64,000 nucleotides of DNA from the human T2T-CHM13v2.0 reference genome, Homo sapiens: assembly GCF_009914755.1 (NCBI RefSeq), contig NC_060935.1, one strand, 5' to 3'. Under the pieces are notes generated by a model, which ran no database searches, had not been told where the DNA came from, and saw only the letters and a program-made list of their open reading frames with translations. Every line of letters begins with the position of its first letter. The first letter of the stretch is position 1. A program made the translations under genes and the position numbers. Positions 1 through 13,048 of this stretch are shown here, piece after piece.

Positions 1-211
1 CCTGCCCTGTTCACACAGCCTTAATTCTCTCCCTAGGACCTGACAGAAGGCCCCAGACAGCAGCCATGCCGGGGCCTCACCTGCCACAGCTATCTCTGTA
101 TGAGGCAGTGACCAAGACTGAAGCAGTTGGTCCAAACCGCTAAGGGCTACATTCCTCCAGCCCTCCACCTCTCAGGGGAGGACAGAAGCTGAGTCTAAGG
201 ACCAAGAGTTA

Positions 212-390
212 CAGTGGTATTTCTTACACAGAGGTCTGAGAACCATCTGCTCAGAATCACCGGAAGCTTGTGAACATGCAGATCCTCATGCCCTACACAA
301 TCCCCTTGGATCTGGATCTCTGGGAGTGGGACCAGAATGTTGCAATTGTAACCTGCTCCCTGGGAGATTCTTACAGTTTGACAATCACTG
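212..390. mobile_element. MER5-family (MER5A/B-like) hAT-Charlie MITE
   Basis: CAGTGG...CACTG termini; internal TCAGAATCACC...CTTGTGAACATGCAGATCC...CTGGGAGATTCTTA resembles the MER5 consensus. Confidence 0.7.
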
Positions 391-467
391 ATGAAAAACC
401 TGTCTTTTCCTCTGCTTGGGAATTTAGATTTTCTTTTCTTTTCTCTGTTTTTGTTTTTTACATTGGC

Positions 468-492
468 AAAAAAAAAAAAAAAAAAAAAAAAA
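468..492 (+). repeat. poly(A)25 tract
   Basis: 25 consecutive A with no Alu/L1 body immediately upstream. Confidence 0.95.
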
Positions 493-523
493 GATCGGGG
501 CAGTGCCTGGCAAATGGCACTGG

Positions 524-1120
524 GTCATAGAAGGTCTATGATGGAAAGGACCCTAGGTCAACCCTCATTGTTCAGGTAAGGAGACAAGGCCCATATTTCA
601 GGTTAACTTCCTCCCCCTCTAAAAGATATGTTAAAGTGCAAACCTCCAGCATCTCAGAATGGGACCCTATTTGATTACAGGGTCATCAAATTAAAATGAG
701 ATTATTAGGATGGGCCTTCATCCAATACGATAGGTGTCCTTACAAAAAGGGAAAATTTGGACACAGAGACAGACATGCACAGAGGGAAGACAATGTGAAG
801 AGACACATGGCGAATGCCACGGGCAGATTGGAGTGATGCTGTCACAAGCCAAGGAATGTGGGGACTACCAGAAGAAGCAAGGAAGAACCCTCCCCTACAG
901 GTTTCAGAGAACATGGCCCTCCCAAACACCTTGATTGCAGACATCTAGCCTCCAGAACCATGAAACAATACATCTCTGTTGTTCTAAGCCACCCAATTTG
1001 TGGTACTTTTTTACTGCAGCCCTAGCCAACTAATGCAGCCATAAAGAAACATGGCTTGGTCAAGGCCATATAGCTAGACAGAGGCCAAGGCAGGGCGCTT
1101 AGACAAGTTCCTGACTCTCT
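524..1120 (-). mobile_element. MIR SINE split by an MLT1C LTR (halves ~524-593 and ~1038-1120)
   Basis: CCCTCATTGTTCAGGTAAGGAGACAAGGCCCA before the LTR and TTGGTCAAGGCCATATAGCTAG...CCTGACTC after it are contiguous antisense MIR core. Confidence 0.6.
594..1037 (+). mobile_element. MLT1C-like MaLR solo LTR
   Basis: AAAAGATATGTTAAAGT, GGGAAAATTTGGACACAGAGACAGAC, CTAGCCTCCAGAAC, AAGCCACCCAATTTGTGGTACTTT...AACTAATGCA match MLT1B/C. Confidence 0.9.
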
Positions 1121-2819
1121 TGGGGTTCCATTCTATCAGCCACACTGTTTTACAGTCTAAGTCTCCCCTTCCATCTCTACAAGGAATGACACCAATCCCT
1201 TTAGAAAGGCAGAGGACATGGCCATCTCCAAAGCATTCCTCCACGTGCACAAACAAGAGAGTGCCTGCTAGAGTGGTATAGTCCTGCAGTGTCCAACCCA
1301 CAGACTCCAGAATCCATCAGACAGCAAAGACCATCAGGCCAGGCAAACGACCACAGTGCAGCAGCCAAAGGGCTAAATGTGGGTGCTGTTTGCAGCTGCC
1401 ATGTACTCTTTGCTTCTAACCCTGTTGAAGTCCAAACTGGCAGTCAACAAACACACCAGGGACCTTTTATGAGGCTGCTTCAGAAAGGCAACATGGGGCA
1501 GGCTTCTCAGGCTGCCCAAGGAAGACTGCATTTGTGGGGGAAAGTGGGAGTTATTCCAGAATCCAGAAAGCTTCCCTTTCACCTTGTAGCATCAGTGAAG
1601 CCAGCTCCAAGGAGACAATGACAAGAACCACTAGAGACCCCACCCACTAGACAGCAACCTGTTAGTGTAAACCATCCTCATCCCCACTCACAGTTCCTTC
1701 CCTCCGAGGCCAGCCTCTGGCAAAGTCCAAAGCCTCTGACACCCACGGTATTTACCTCCACCCTTACACAGGAGGCGGGTTACGCCACAGTCATTGTAAA
1801 TTGCTTCACAAGCTTCTAATCCATAAGGCCTGGATTGGGTAGGAAGAAAAGTCTACTACCAGGATGGAGAATTCCATGTGGCTGAGGAATTCTGCATAAA
1901 ACAGCAAAGCAACACTCTTTAGAGCTCTTGTCCCTAGGTTTTGTTGTGGCTGATGGGAGGCAGATGCAGGATTTCTTAGTTCTCTAGGGAGATACCAGCT
2001 GGCAAAGGCTAGAGGTCCCTTAGGATCCTCTTCAACTCCAGCACCCTGGGAGCAAGAGAGGCTGATGTCCAGAAGGAGGAGGCCTCTGTAAGCAGCCATA
2101 CGTCAGCAGGAGCTCCCATGAGTTGCCATTACTGCCTCAAAGGGCCCGCCATGTGGAACCTTGTCATCCCCTTGAGTAACATATGCATAGGAAAGTCATT
2201 TGTGATGAGAAAGGAGAGAGGGAGAAGAGGGAGAGGATGCAATCAAATTAATTCTAATGGCATTGATAAGGAGATGTGGAAGCACAGCCAATGACTCCAT
2301 TAAAATAATGACTTTGGGTCCCTTCTGTCATCACCTAAGGTCTTCTCCCCCTCCCTTGCCCACTATATCTCCAGAGTGCTGGCAATGACCACTGTGTTGG
2401 GAGACAGGAAGGATAGCAGGGATAGAGACTGACACCACAGAGGGGGAGGCCATCTTTCCACCCACCAGATCTTAATTATCAGTGGTCAGCCCCCTTGGTT
2501 GGCAGCTGCAGGGAGGAAAATGAATCACATCATGATTATGGGAGAAGGAGACATGGATAGAGGAGGCAGGCCCAGAGAGCTTCTACCATGCCCCTCTCCC
2601 AGCCAGAGGCCCAGTGGCACCCCAGGGTGAACACAGGGCCCCCAAGCTCTATCCACATGGACCATCATGCCAGTGGTGTGCCCTGGAGATGTGCAGAGTG
2701 GCGGCCCTGGTAGACACCCACACATGTGTGGGTGGCTTCATAGGATGGCATAGGATGACAAGAAAGACATCCAGTGGAATTTACCCAGATGCCCCAGGAC
2801 TACACCTGCATTTCCTTTG

Positions 2820-3275
2820 TTTGTTATTTTTAAATTTGTTATTTTATTATGGTGAAATTCACATAATATAAAATTAATCATTTCAAATTAAAAATTTAGT
2901 GACATTTAGTATACTCACAATGTTGTACAATGACCACCTCTGTCTACTTTCAAAGCACTTTTATCACCCCAAAAGGAAAACCCCATACCCATTAAGCAGT
3001 TACCCCATTTCTCCCACCTCCCAGCCCCTGAAAAACACCAATCCACTGTCTCTGTGGATTTCTCAATTCCGGACATTTAATCTAAATGGAATCATACAAT
3101 ATGCAAACTCTGTGTTTGGCTTCTTTCACTTAACATAATATTTCCAAGGTTCATTCACATTGTAGCATGCTCTCATTTCCTTTTCCTTTTTATGGCTGAG
3201 TAAATATTTCATTGTATGTATAGACCACAATTTGTTTATCCATGTCTCTCTTGATGGGCATTTGGGTTTAATCTA
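2820..3275 (-). mobile_element. L1MB-type LINE 3' fragment
   Basis: Antisense L1 3'UTR/ORF2-end motifs AATGGAATCATACAATATG, TTTCACTTAACATAAT, TTTATGGCTGAGTA, TTGATGGGCATTTGGGTT. Confidence 0.85.
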
Positions 3276-3627
3276 TGCTCTGAATGGACCCAAAGCTCTC
3301 ACATTCAGCTTCCCCGTGAATTAATATACCAGGTCTTGCTTCCCAGCTCTGATTCTGCCTCCCAGGTTGGACACAGCCTATCTCTCATGCATACCCTACT
3401 CTAGCCCAGCTTCCCCAGCCACATCTTTGTTCAGCCTAAGTAATGCCAAATTCAATACCCCCTCTCCAAGGAGAGCTCCCTCCCCACCAGGGTGTTCAGA
3501 CTGTCTTCAGGTGAGAAAGGTAAAGATGCTTTAACCAGAGTTCTCATTCTCACCCTCAGGAAGGAGGAGATGATGTCAGCAGATCTTCTGTTTCAAATTT
3601 GGTCTCGAGTTCGCAATCCCAAACTCA

Positions 3628-3975
<348 letters not shown>

Positions 3976-4104
3976 CTTAGACAAAGTTATTAATTTTAAA
4001 CTACAGTATTTGCACATGTGTTCTGATCCTCTCAACCCCAGGGGACGGCTATCTGCTAAGCTGAGCCTGGCACAGAAGGTAGTGCCATGGGCCAGGATTC
4101 AATT

Positions 4105-4580
4105 TCATTGAATGCATCCTCAGTAGATACATGTTCCACGCCAGGCACCATGACATACCCAGGGAGGTACAAAAATCAGTAAGGCATGGCCAAAAGAGCT
4201 CATGCTCTGAAGGAGACACATATATGCAGGAATAGCAGTGAGACAGCAATGACAGACTCGGAGCCATAAACGGGTCTGGGAACCCCAGGGAGACAAGCTG
4301 TCTGCTGGCAGAGCTGGGGAGGGATGGCTTCTCAGAAGATGTAACTTTAGAGGTTGAAGAAGGGCGAGTAAAATGTGACCGGATGAAGGGCTTCCTGCCG
4401 GGACTGCAAGAGCAAAAGCACAGAGTAGGGTGTGGTTGGCCCTGGGGCCACTCTCCTGCTGCTGTGGCCATGATAATGATGCCCAGGAGGGGGAACGGAA
4501 GGCGGGGCTGGAAGGTACCAGGTGGTAGAGGGCTTGGGGCATCAGGTTAAGGCATTTGTCTTAAAGTCTCTACAGGTTTG
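4105..4580 (-). mobile_element. L2 fragment
   Basis: Degenerate antisense L2 3' end (GCCAGGCACCATG, GGCTTCTCAGAAGATGTAAC, GCAAGAGCAAAAGCACAGAG). Confidence 0.6.
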
Positions 4581-5749
4581 TGACCTGAGGAGGAGGAGGG
4601 ATCATAGTGACCCGAGGAGGAAGAATTAGGGACCTTAGAACCTGAGGAACCTAACAAGCAGCGCCAGCTGAACTTCTGCAAAAGGCTGACTTGAGGGCAG
4701 CAATCTTGTAGAAAGGGGGTGAGCAGGCTTTGAAGGCATTCGCACGGTCATTTCTGCATGAGTGAGAAGACACAGGGGAGCTGCTGGAGGCTGGGAGCCT
4801 GGACCTCCTAACACCGTCCCCACCTCAGCACCGTGCTGGTGTGAATGTGGGCACTGGGCACAGGGCTCTTGGAGAGGAAGGTGCTGTTTCAAGAAGACAT
4901 GTCAGAAAAGAGTGAACACTGCATTCAAGAATAAATGTCTGTGCCCCTGTCATGCCCGAACCAGGAAATTGTCAGGAGAGCAGTTTCCCACAGAGTCTGT
5001 CCCTGTGAGGGGACTCCCACTGTTTGACACCGTCGTGGCCATTCTGAGTTTGAGGACAGCCTCCTGAGCCAAAACATCGCTGTCTCCCTTCCCTGCCCCT
5101 GGCTGAGCCTCCGGACACTCTCCAGCTTCCGTCGCTACTTGTCTCATCTCTTCTAGACCCAGCTGCCGAACTGCCCGGCAGGGTCCAGCCAAGCCTCCAC
5201 CTCCTCCCCGTGCTGCCACTTGTCAGTGCCAGGCAAGAGAGATGCCAGCTTCATCCCCAGCCTGAAAGCTCATTCGGGGCACTGGAAGATGAATTATGTT
5301 TCATTTATATCAAAGAAGCAATCTCGGAGCCCATTTGTGATCAAATTTGCTGTCAGAGAAACTTTGCTTTATCTCATTACATCTGATATCTCTTGGCTTC
5401 TTGTCCTTGAGACTATTAAAGTTTAATGTCAAATTCAAGATGAAATGAAATCTTTGCTGTATCATCTCATCAGGACCTGAGCATTCCCCCTTCCATCTAA
5501 AATTTTTTGACAACTAATTACAATGGAGGTGGGGGGAAAATGAGAAACCTACTATTCCCCTCCCATTTGCTGAAAATGCCATCATTGGAAGGGGTTGCCA
5601 ATGTGCACAGTGGCAGTGTGGTGGCAGAGAACAAGGAGAGGTGCTAGTCACCATTCAACTCTTCTTTGTCCCTTCACCCCAAACTCCCTATCCTCTGGAA
5701 CAATGACATCCGCTTTCATTCCTAATCAGACAGAGCATTCCTGCCCCGG

Positions 5750-5900
5750 CACATGGTGTAGGGGAAAGCACACTGGACCGGGAGGCAGATGGGAGTTGCA
5801 TGCCAGACTGTGACAGCTACATGACCACAGGCAAGTCACCCCCACCTCTGGGCATCAGTTTCCTCAACTAAAACTAATGGAGTTGGACTAGAATCATCCA
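5750..5900 (+). mobile_element. MIR fragment
   Basis: GGCAAGTCAC...CTCTGGGCATCAGTTTCCTCA...GGAGTTGGACTAGA. Confidence 0.7.
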
Positions 5901-6324
5901 GCCCCATTTAGGTGCTAGGAGGGGAAATGGATGAGTGGACAGCTGTCTCTTCTCACCAGGGAGAATAGGGGACTGTGGCTGAGAGAAGCATACATCCCAC
6001 CCATAGACACTCAACTACAAAAACATTAAACACACACCAGAAAAATCACATCTGTGGGCCCTATTTACCATGACAACCCCAAGACCAGTTGATTTCCAAG
6101 GCTTGTGATTGTCTCTAACTGAGAAAAGTGCCCACAGAAAACAGGCTTCAGACTGGGAATATGCTTTTCCCTGGAAAAGAGTTGGCATTTTGATTAGTAA
6201 CACTGGTTGAAATTCACCTGTACAAAACAGGACCATCAGAAGGCCCAGAGACACATAGATCTGAACTCCTAAAAAGCAATGTGCTTTAAAAAAAAAGGTT
6301 TTTAAAAAGCAATGTATTAACAAC

Positions 6325-6480
6325 TTTATTTATTCCACAAATATTTATTAAGCATCTCATATGCTTCCACTCTTCTTGGTACTTGAGATTCAACAGTTAA
6401 TTTTAAAAGACAAAAATTCTTGACTTCATGGAGCCTAGATACTGGCGAAAGGAGGACAAACAATAAACATGATAAATAAG
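6325..6480 (-). mobile_element. L2 3' end
   Basis: TTATTCCACAAATATTTATTAAGCATCT...GACTTCATGGAGCCTAGA. Confidence 0.7.
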
Positions 6481-6501
6481 TAATTAATTCATTTGGACTA
6501 A

Positions 6502-6823
<322 letters not shown>

Positions 6824-6879
6824 TGTTAATTCTTAAAGTGGGTGGGGTCAAGCAGTGTGGAGGCTGCCGGGATGTTGGG

Positions 6880-7102
6880 TGGTACTAGGCAGTGTGCTCT
6901 GCCGCCCAACTGCCTGGGCTCAAATCCAGGCTTGATCACTAACTAGCGATGGGATCTTCATCACTTTGCTCACCTCTCTGGGCCTTTGTTTCCTCATTCA
7001 CAAAACAGAGACCATTAAGCCCCTCCTGGGGCTAAATAAATGTATTTATGTGAAATGCCCACAACAGTGCCTGGCACTTAGAAAGTGCCCATATCTATTA
7101 GC
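6880..7102 (+). mobile_element. MIR
   Basis: CTGGGCTCAAATCC...CCTCTCTGGGCCTTTGTTTCCTCAT...CAGTGCCTGGCACTTAG. Confidence 0.8.
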
Positions 7103-7574
7103 ATAATCATGTTTCTCTGGGAACGCTTTCTGGAGAAGTTGAACTTGGACTAGCAGGCTCTAGCGCCCAAGCCTGGGGAAGGAGTGGCAGCTGCATTCGA
7201 AAGCAGAACCCGCAGCTTAGAAGAAGGTCCCAACCGAAGAAATTAGGAATAGTTTTAATACACTCTGCAAACTAGGCTCCCACTTCTCCATAAATAATTC
7301 CCCAGTCTTCTCCATTCGTCTATTCCTCCACCTAACCATCTTCAGAGGAAGTTCCAGCTCCCATCATTTCTATAGCAAACAAATGGCAAATCTTTAGTAT
7401 TCTCTTCACAGGAACCAGATAACATCTTAAAACTCAGTATGTAATGTAAATCTCCAAAAGCTTGAAGACAACAATTTATTCCTTAGCCCTCTATTGGCTG
7501 GGGAAAAAAATAATAATAATCCAAATGTTTGTAGATGTTTTCTTTGAAATCAGAATAGCTGTGTGCTACAGTCA

Positions 7575-7722
7575 ATATTCATCTTTACAACAGCCCTATA
7601 AAGTAGACATCGTCCTCCCATTATACAGGCAAGCATACTGAGCTCCAGAGATTTTAAGTAACTACCCAAGGTATCCCAGCTGGGCAACAGAGCCACAACA
7701 TAAATTGCATCTGTTGGCTCCA
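7575..7722 (-). mobile_element. MIR
   Basis: TTACAACAGCCCTAT...CCCATTATACAGG...AAGTAACTACCCAAGGT. Confidence 0.75.
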
Positions 7723-7974
7723 AATAACATAATGTTAACAACATACCATACTGACTCATGAGTTTGGAGGTTCTCTCAGGTGTCAACACAATTCTAGTGA
7801 GATTTCTCACAAGAGTCTTTGAATTATGTATCCTCTTTCAGAGTATAAACTCCTTAAAAAAACAAACCACACTCAATGTCCCTTAGGTCTCCGAATGATA
7901 CATATCTGTACAAAGAGCGACATAAGCCAGGGAGATAGTCTTTTTAATAAGCACTCCAGAGTTTACGTATCCAA

Positions 7975-8546
7975 GTTAATGCTGTCTTTTTAAGGTGGCA
8001 CCTGGGAAGGCGCCTCACATTCCAGTGATGCTGCCATGGCCATTGTTGTTGTTGTTGCTGTTTTGTTTTGTTCTGTTCTGTTCTGTTTTGTTTTGTTGCA
8101 GTTTTTTATCCCTTGCAAACCTGCTCAAAGATGCTAAACCTCTACTGTTTTGAGGATAGATTCAATTTCTGGAAAAAGACCCAACTTATTTGGAACCAAA
8201 TCTTGCCAGTAAGGTAGACAAGTAGTTTACATTAATTAAAAACAAACAAAAAAAAAAAAACCATGTACCTGGGGCTCAATAATACTTGTTGGCCAGGTGC
8301 AACAAATATTTGGAGGTGGGTAGATCACTTGAGGCCAGGAGTTCAAGACCAGCCTGGCCAGCATGGTGAAACTCTATCTCTATTAAAAAGACAAAAATTA
8401 GCAGGGCGTGGTGGTGTGCACCTGTAATCCCAGCTACTCAGGAGGCTGAGGCATGAGAATCGGAGCGGTGGTTGCAGTGAGCAGAGATTGTACCACTGAA
8501 CTCCAGCCTGGGCGACAGAGTAAGACTCCATCTCAATAAATAAATA

Positions 8547-8577
<31 letters not shown>

Positions 8578-8775
8578 ATTGTTGACTCATAATGACAAAA
8601 AATGAAAATGAAATACACGTTGTTTGATTCTAAAGAAAAGAGACTAGTTTTATTCTTTGCCTCATAAGCCTTCTCTGAAAATAATTCCAGAAAAGAAATT
8701 CCAGAGATATTTTGAACAGTGGTGGGGTCATTGGAATAAGAGCAGTATATCTAAGGGGGTTGCTGTTGCAAGACA
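7975..8775. mobile_element. MARNA-like (TcMar-Mariner) DNA transposon relic, interrupted by an Alu and simple repeats
   Basis: TTCCAGTGATGCTGCCATGG; TTTGAGGATAGATTCAATTTCTGGAAA...TTTGGAACCAAATC; inverted counterpart TTTTGAACAGTGG...CATTGGAATAAG. Confidence 0.65.
8291..8578 (+). mobile_element. AluS with rearranged 5' end and (TAAA)n tail
   Basis: Alu body from GATCACTTGAGGCCAGGAGTTC onward; the A-box region is replaced (see findings). Confidence 0.9.
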
Positions 8776-8829
8776 ACCTACAGTTACAGGAGCTCTAGAT
8801 GTCAAATCAACAGACATGTAAGGAGTCCC

Positions 8830-9093
8830 AATTCCATGCAAGACACAGTTCTAGACACCGTTTCTTGTAGCTAAATGAGAACAGAATTCTCAACGCTGCC
8901 AATCCCTAGTGGGGGAGGAAGGAGGCAAGATGCCTAGAAAAGCAATGAATACCCTTGATACAAAGCAGAACATAGACACTCCAGAAGGACTGGGGGAGGT
9001 GTCCAAGTCAGGGATAGAATCTCCTGGCTGGAGGGTCTAGGAGAGACTTTGTGGAGGAGACCGCATTGAGCTGAGCCTTAAAGCAGGGCTTCA
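8830..9093 (-). mobile_element. L2 fragment
   Basis: AGACTTTGTGGAGGAG...TTGAGCTGAGCCTTAAAG. Confidence 0.55.
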
Positions 9094-9389
9094 GGCTGGG
9101 CACAGTGGCTCACACCTGTAATCCCAGCACTTTGGGAGGCTGAGGCGGGTGGATCACAAGGTCAGGAGTTCAAGACTAACCTGGCCAATGTGGTGAAACC
9201 CCATCTCCACTAAAAATACAAAAGTTAGCTAGGTGTGGTGGCGGGTGCCTGTAATCCTAGCTACTCAGGAGGCTGAGGCAGAAGAATCGCTTGAACAGGG
9301 AGGCGGAGGTTGCAGTGAGCCAAGATCACACCACTGCACTCCAGCCTGGTGACAGAGCGAGACTCCGTCTCAAAAAAAAAAAAAAAAAA
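9094..9389 (+). mobile_element. AluS (Sg/Sc-like)
   Basis: GGATCACAAGGTCAGG (2-nt deletion type); TSD AAAGCAGGGC(TTCA/ATCC). Confidence 0.95.
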
Positions 9390-10819
9390 GCAGGGCATCC
9401 CACCCTTTTCATCACATGGCACTCACAGAAAATGGTAACAGCTGGGTGGCTTACTGGGACACATGGACAATGCTGCCATGGATGGGAGCACTGGCCAGGA
9501 GGGGTTCCGTGGTGGCTCCCACCATCTGGCTGCCCTCAGAGAAAAGGGGAATGAATCCTGCTGTAACCTACTTCACAACACACCAGTTGGGAAGCCCTGC
9601 CTTAGAGGGGGAAGAAATTCCACAGGTGTGTTGGGAGAAAGGGTATTGTAGGTTCAGGTGCACAAGGCGAAGAGGTGACAGTGTCAGGGGTATTCTGAAA
9701 ACATGCTATCCTGTTTGGCGGTGGGGGCAGGGGGACCTAAGAAAGTAAGAAAGTTAAGACTGAGTAAGTAGGTTGAGGCCAGCAAATTGAGGGCCCTGAG
9801 TGTCACATTCTAGAGTTTGGATTTGATTCCATAGTCAACAAAGATCCTTCTAGACTTACGGATAGGGAGCTGAGTGGTAAGTTCTGGGGGAAAAAAAACC
9901 TCACAGGTCTTATGGTTTACTTAAAAACAGCCATAAATAATAAACTTTAAACAAACAGACAAATCCCAAAAGCTAAGATTCAGGCCTTTTTCCTGTGTCA
10001 AGCTTAGCAGGGTGTCCCGCTTAGAGAAAAAGGCCCAGGTGATTTAGAAATAAGATGAAAACTTCCAATCCCCAGTTTTATGGAAAAAAATGCTCTGAAG
10101 CTAAAAAGTAAACACCCATGTTTCCTCAGGAGCCCAGGCCCCTCAGGAACTAAAAGCAGGCAGACTCCATTGTGTATTTTTTGCTCATCCTGTTAGTAGT
10201 TTGAGTTGCCACTGCTGTCGTTCGCCCTGACTAAAATGAGAATAAATATACACACGGCTTATAACCAAGCAAACCACCTGCCTGTATGAGAAAGATGGCA
10301 TAGTACTAAAATAGAGCCAGGGGAGAGGACTTTTAAGATGGCTGCTAGCGTTACTATGGAAATTTAATTCCCGACTAGAAGCAAGTCCTATTCAAAAGGC
10401 CAAGAATGGCCATGTTAGGTCAAAAATGGAACATGAACTGGGGGAAAAGATTGCTTTTCAAGAGAACCAGACAATTAGTTTGGCAGAGGATCCACCCTAC
10501 AAAGAGAACATTACAGACACCTAATGTGAGGGATCTTTATTCTGTTAAAGTCCAATTTTTAAAAGCGCCTACAAGGGATAAGGTGGCAAGAGAATGTTCT
10601 CCATTTCAGCAGAGAAGTTTACATGGCAGCGGGAGGGATGGAGGTGAGAGGTCAGAAAAAACTTTGCCAGCAGAAGAATTGTAAGACACTGATCTGTGTT
10701 CCTGAAGAGAGTTGTGGATGGGTTTCTCTAGGAATTCTAAAGAAAAGTAAAATTAGGTACATGTCCCGAGTGGTCCGGGTTAATGCCTTCCAACGTTTTT
10801 CCTTCTAAAACCTTCAAGA

Positions 10820-11136
<317 letters not shown>

Positions 11137-11226
11137 TCATTTTCTGAGGTCTAACTCTAACTCAAGATTAGGAATCCAAAGTCTCTTCAACTCCCCAATC
11201 TGATGGTCTTTGTGTGCAGGCAAAAG

Positions 11227-11232
11227 GTGTGT

Positions 11233-11282
<50 letters not shown>
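11227..11282. repeat. (GT)n microsatellite
   Basis: ~28 GT units with one GA interruption. Confidence 0.97.
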
Positions 11283-11284
<2 letters not shown>

Positions 11285-11403
11285 TCAACCATAAGTAGAC
11301 TGCAGCTGCTTAAACAATTCAGGGGCAATATGTGGAAAAATACTCATACCCAGGCCCACTGCCTCCTGTTAGGTTTTGAAGGGAAGGCAAGGGTTAAAGA
11401 CGT

Positions 11404-11412
11404 GCGCGCGCG

Positions 11413-11463
<51 letters not shown>
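11404..11463. repeat. compound (GC)9(AC)21 microsatellite
   Basis: Read directly. Confidence 0.97.
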
Positions 11464-11467
<4 letters not shown>

Positions 11468-11889
11468 AGAGTGTGACTCAACAGCAAATGCAGGCTAACG
11501 CCAGAGCCCACCACTTGGGCGGGAGGGGTCTGGGCAGCATGGCTTGCTACCCTGTAGGATATTGGTAAGATGTTCCCATGATGAGGCAGTTCTAGCCCTT
11601 GTTCTGGGGAGATGTCATCGTGGTGTTCCTTGGACCTTTACCCAGCCAGATATGATAGGGATGTTTCTTTAGTTGGGCCTTTGTCTGCCTTGTGGTCAAG
11701 TGGTCAGGCAGGATGTTTCTCCCGGTCCGAACCCCTGTGAAATGTTTCACTTTGACCAAGGTCTGCAAAATAGCAGGGAGCTTACAAAATGGTACAGTTT
11801 GGACTGACACCTCCTACCTTTCTCTGTATTTGCTGCTTCATCATCCATTACCCTCCAGCCCACCATCCAAAGTTTATCAAGGGAAGTAT

Positions 11890-12155
11890 GAATTCAGTCA
11901 ATCAGCAAATATTAATTGAGCTGATAGACTGAATTGGCTGAATTTATGTAAATCACCGTGTTAGGTGCCACGGGGAAAATAAAAGGCAAAAATTTTATTG
12001 CTGATTTCAAACAACTTGCCCCAAAGGAAGACCACATGTGAATACATGAAGAGGTAGTGGGTTAGTTTAGGGGCCCAGCAGTAAAGAGTGTAAGCACTTC
12101 AGAGGCTCTGGAAAGGGAGAGCTCTTTGCTTGCTGGGCTGGCCAGAGAAGGTAAA
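11890..12155 (-). mobile_element. L2 3' fragment (resumes after the L1 at ~13060)
   Basis: ATTCAGTCAATCAGCAAATATTAATTGAGC...CACCGTGTTAGGTGCC. Confidence 0.6.
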
Positions 12156-12164
12156 AAGAGTATC

Positions 12165-13048
12165 TTTTTTTCTCCCAACTGTGGTTAAACACACACACAC
12201 ACACACACAGAATGTACTGTCTTAACCATTTTTGAGCATACAATCCAGCAGTGTTAAGTATCTTCTCATTGTTGTGCCATGTATCTCCAGAAATTTTTCA
12301 TCTTGCAAATCTGGAACTCTATACTCCTCCCCGTAACCCCTCCCTCAAACCCCTGGCAAACACGATTCTACTTTCTGTTCCTATGAATTTGACTCCTCTA
12401 AGTATCTCATATAAGTGGAACCATATGACATTTGTCTTTTCCTGACTGGTTTGTTTCACTTAGGATAATGTCCTCAAGGTTTATCCCTGTTGCACCATGT
12501 AGCAGGATTTCCCTCCTTTTTCAGGCTGATAATATTCCATTGTGTTTGTAGACCACATTTTGTTTACCCATTCATCCATCGATGGATATGTGAATTGCTT
12601 CCACTTCTTGGCTGTCGCGAACGCTGCTGCTAAGCGGGCGTGCAAGTATCTCTTTAATACCTTGCTCTCAATGCTTTTGGATGTATAACCAGAAGTAGAC
12701 TTAATGGATCATATGGTAATTTTATTTTTAACTTTTCAAGGGATCGCCACTGTTTCCTAAAGTGGCTGTACCATTTTCCATTCCCACCAAAGTGCATAAG
12801 GGTTCTGATTTCTTCACATCGTCACCAACACTTGTTATCATTTATTTATTTTTTTTTTTTTACAGTAGCCATCCTAGGGGGGCGTAAGGTGGAATCTCAC
12901 TGTGGATATGAGTTGCATTTCTCTAATGATTTGTGATGTTGAACATCTTTTCATATGCCTGGTGACCAATTGTGTATCCTCTTTGGAGAAATGTCTATTC
13001 AAGTCCTTTGCCAATTTTTAAATCCAGTTATTTGATTTTTTGTTGTTG
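12165..13048 (-). mobile_element. L1MB (MB3-like) 3' fragment
   Basis: CTCATATAAGTGGAACCATA, CCATTCATCCATCGATGGA, GGATCATATGGTAATT, TTTGGAGAAATGTCTATTCAAGTCCTTTGCC. Confidence 0.92.
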
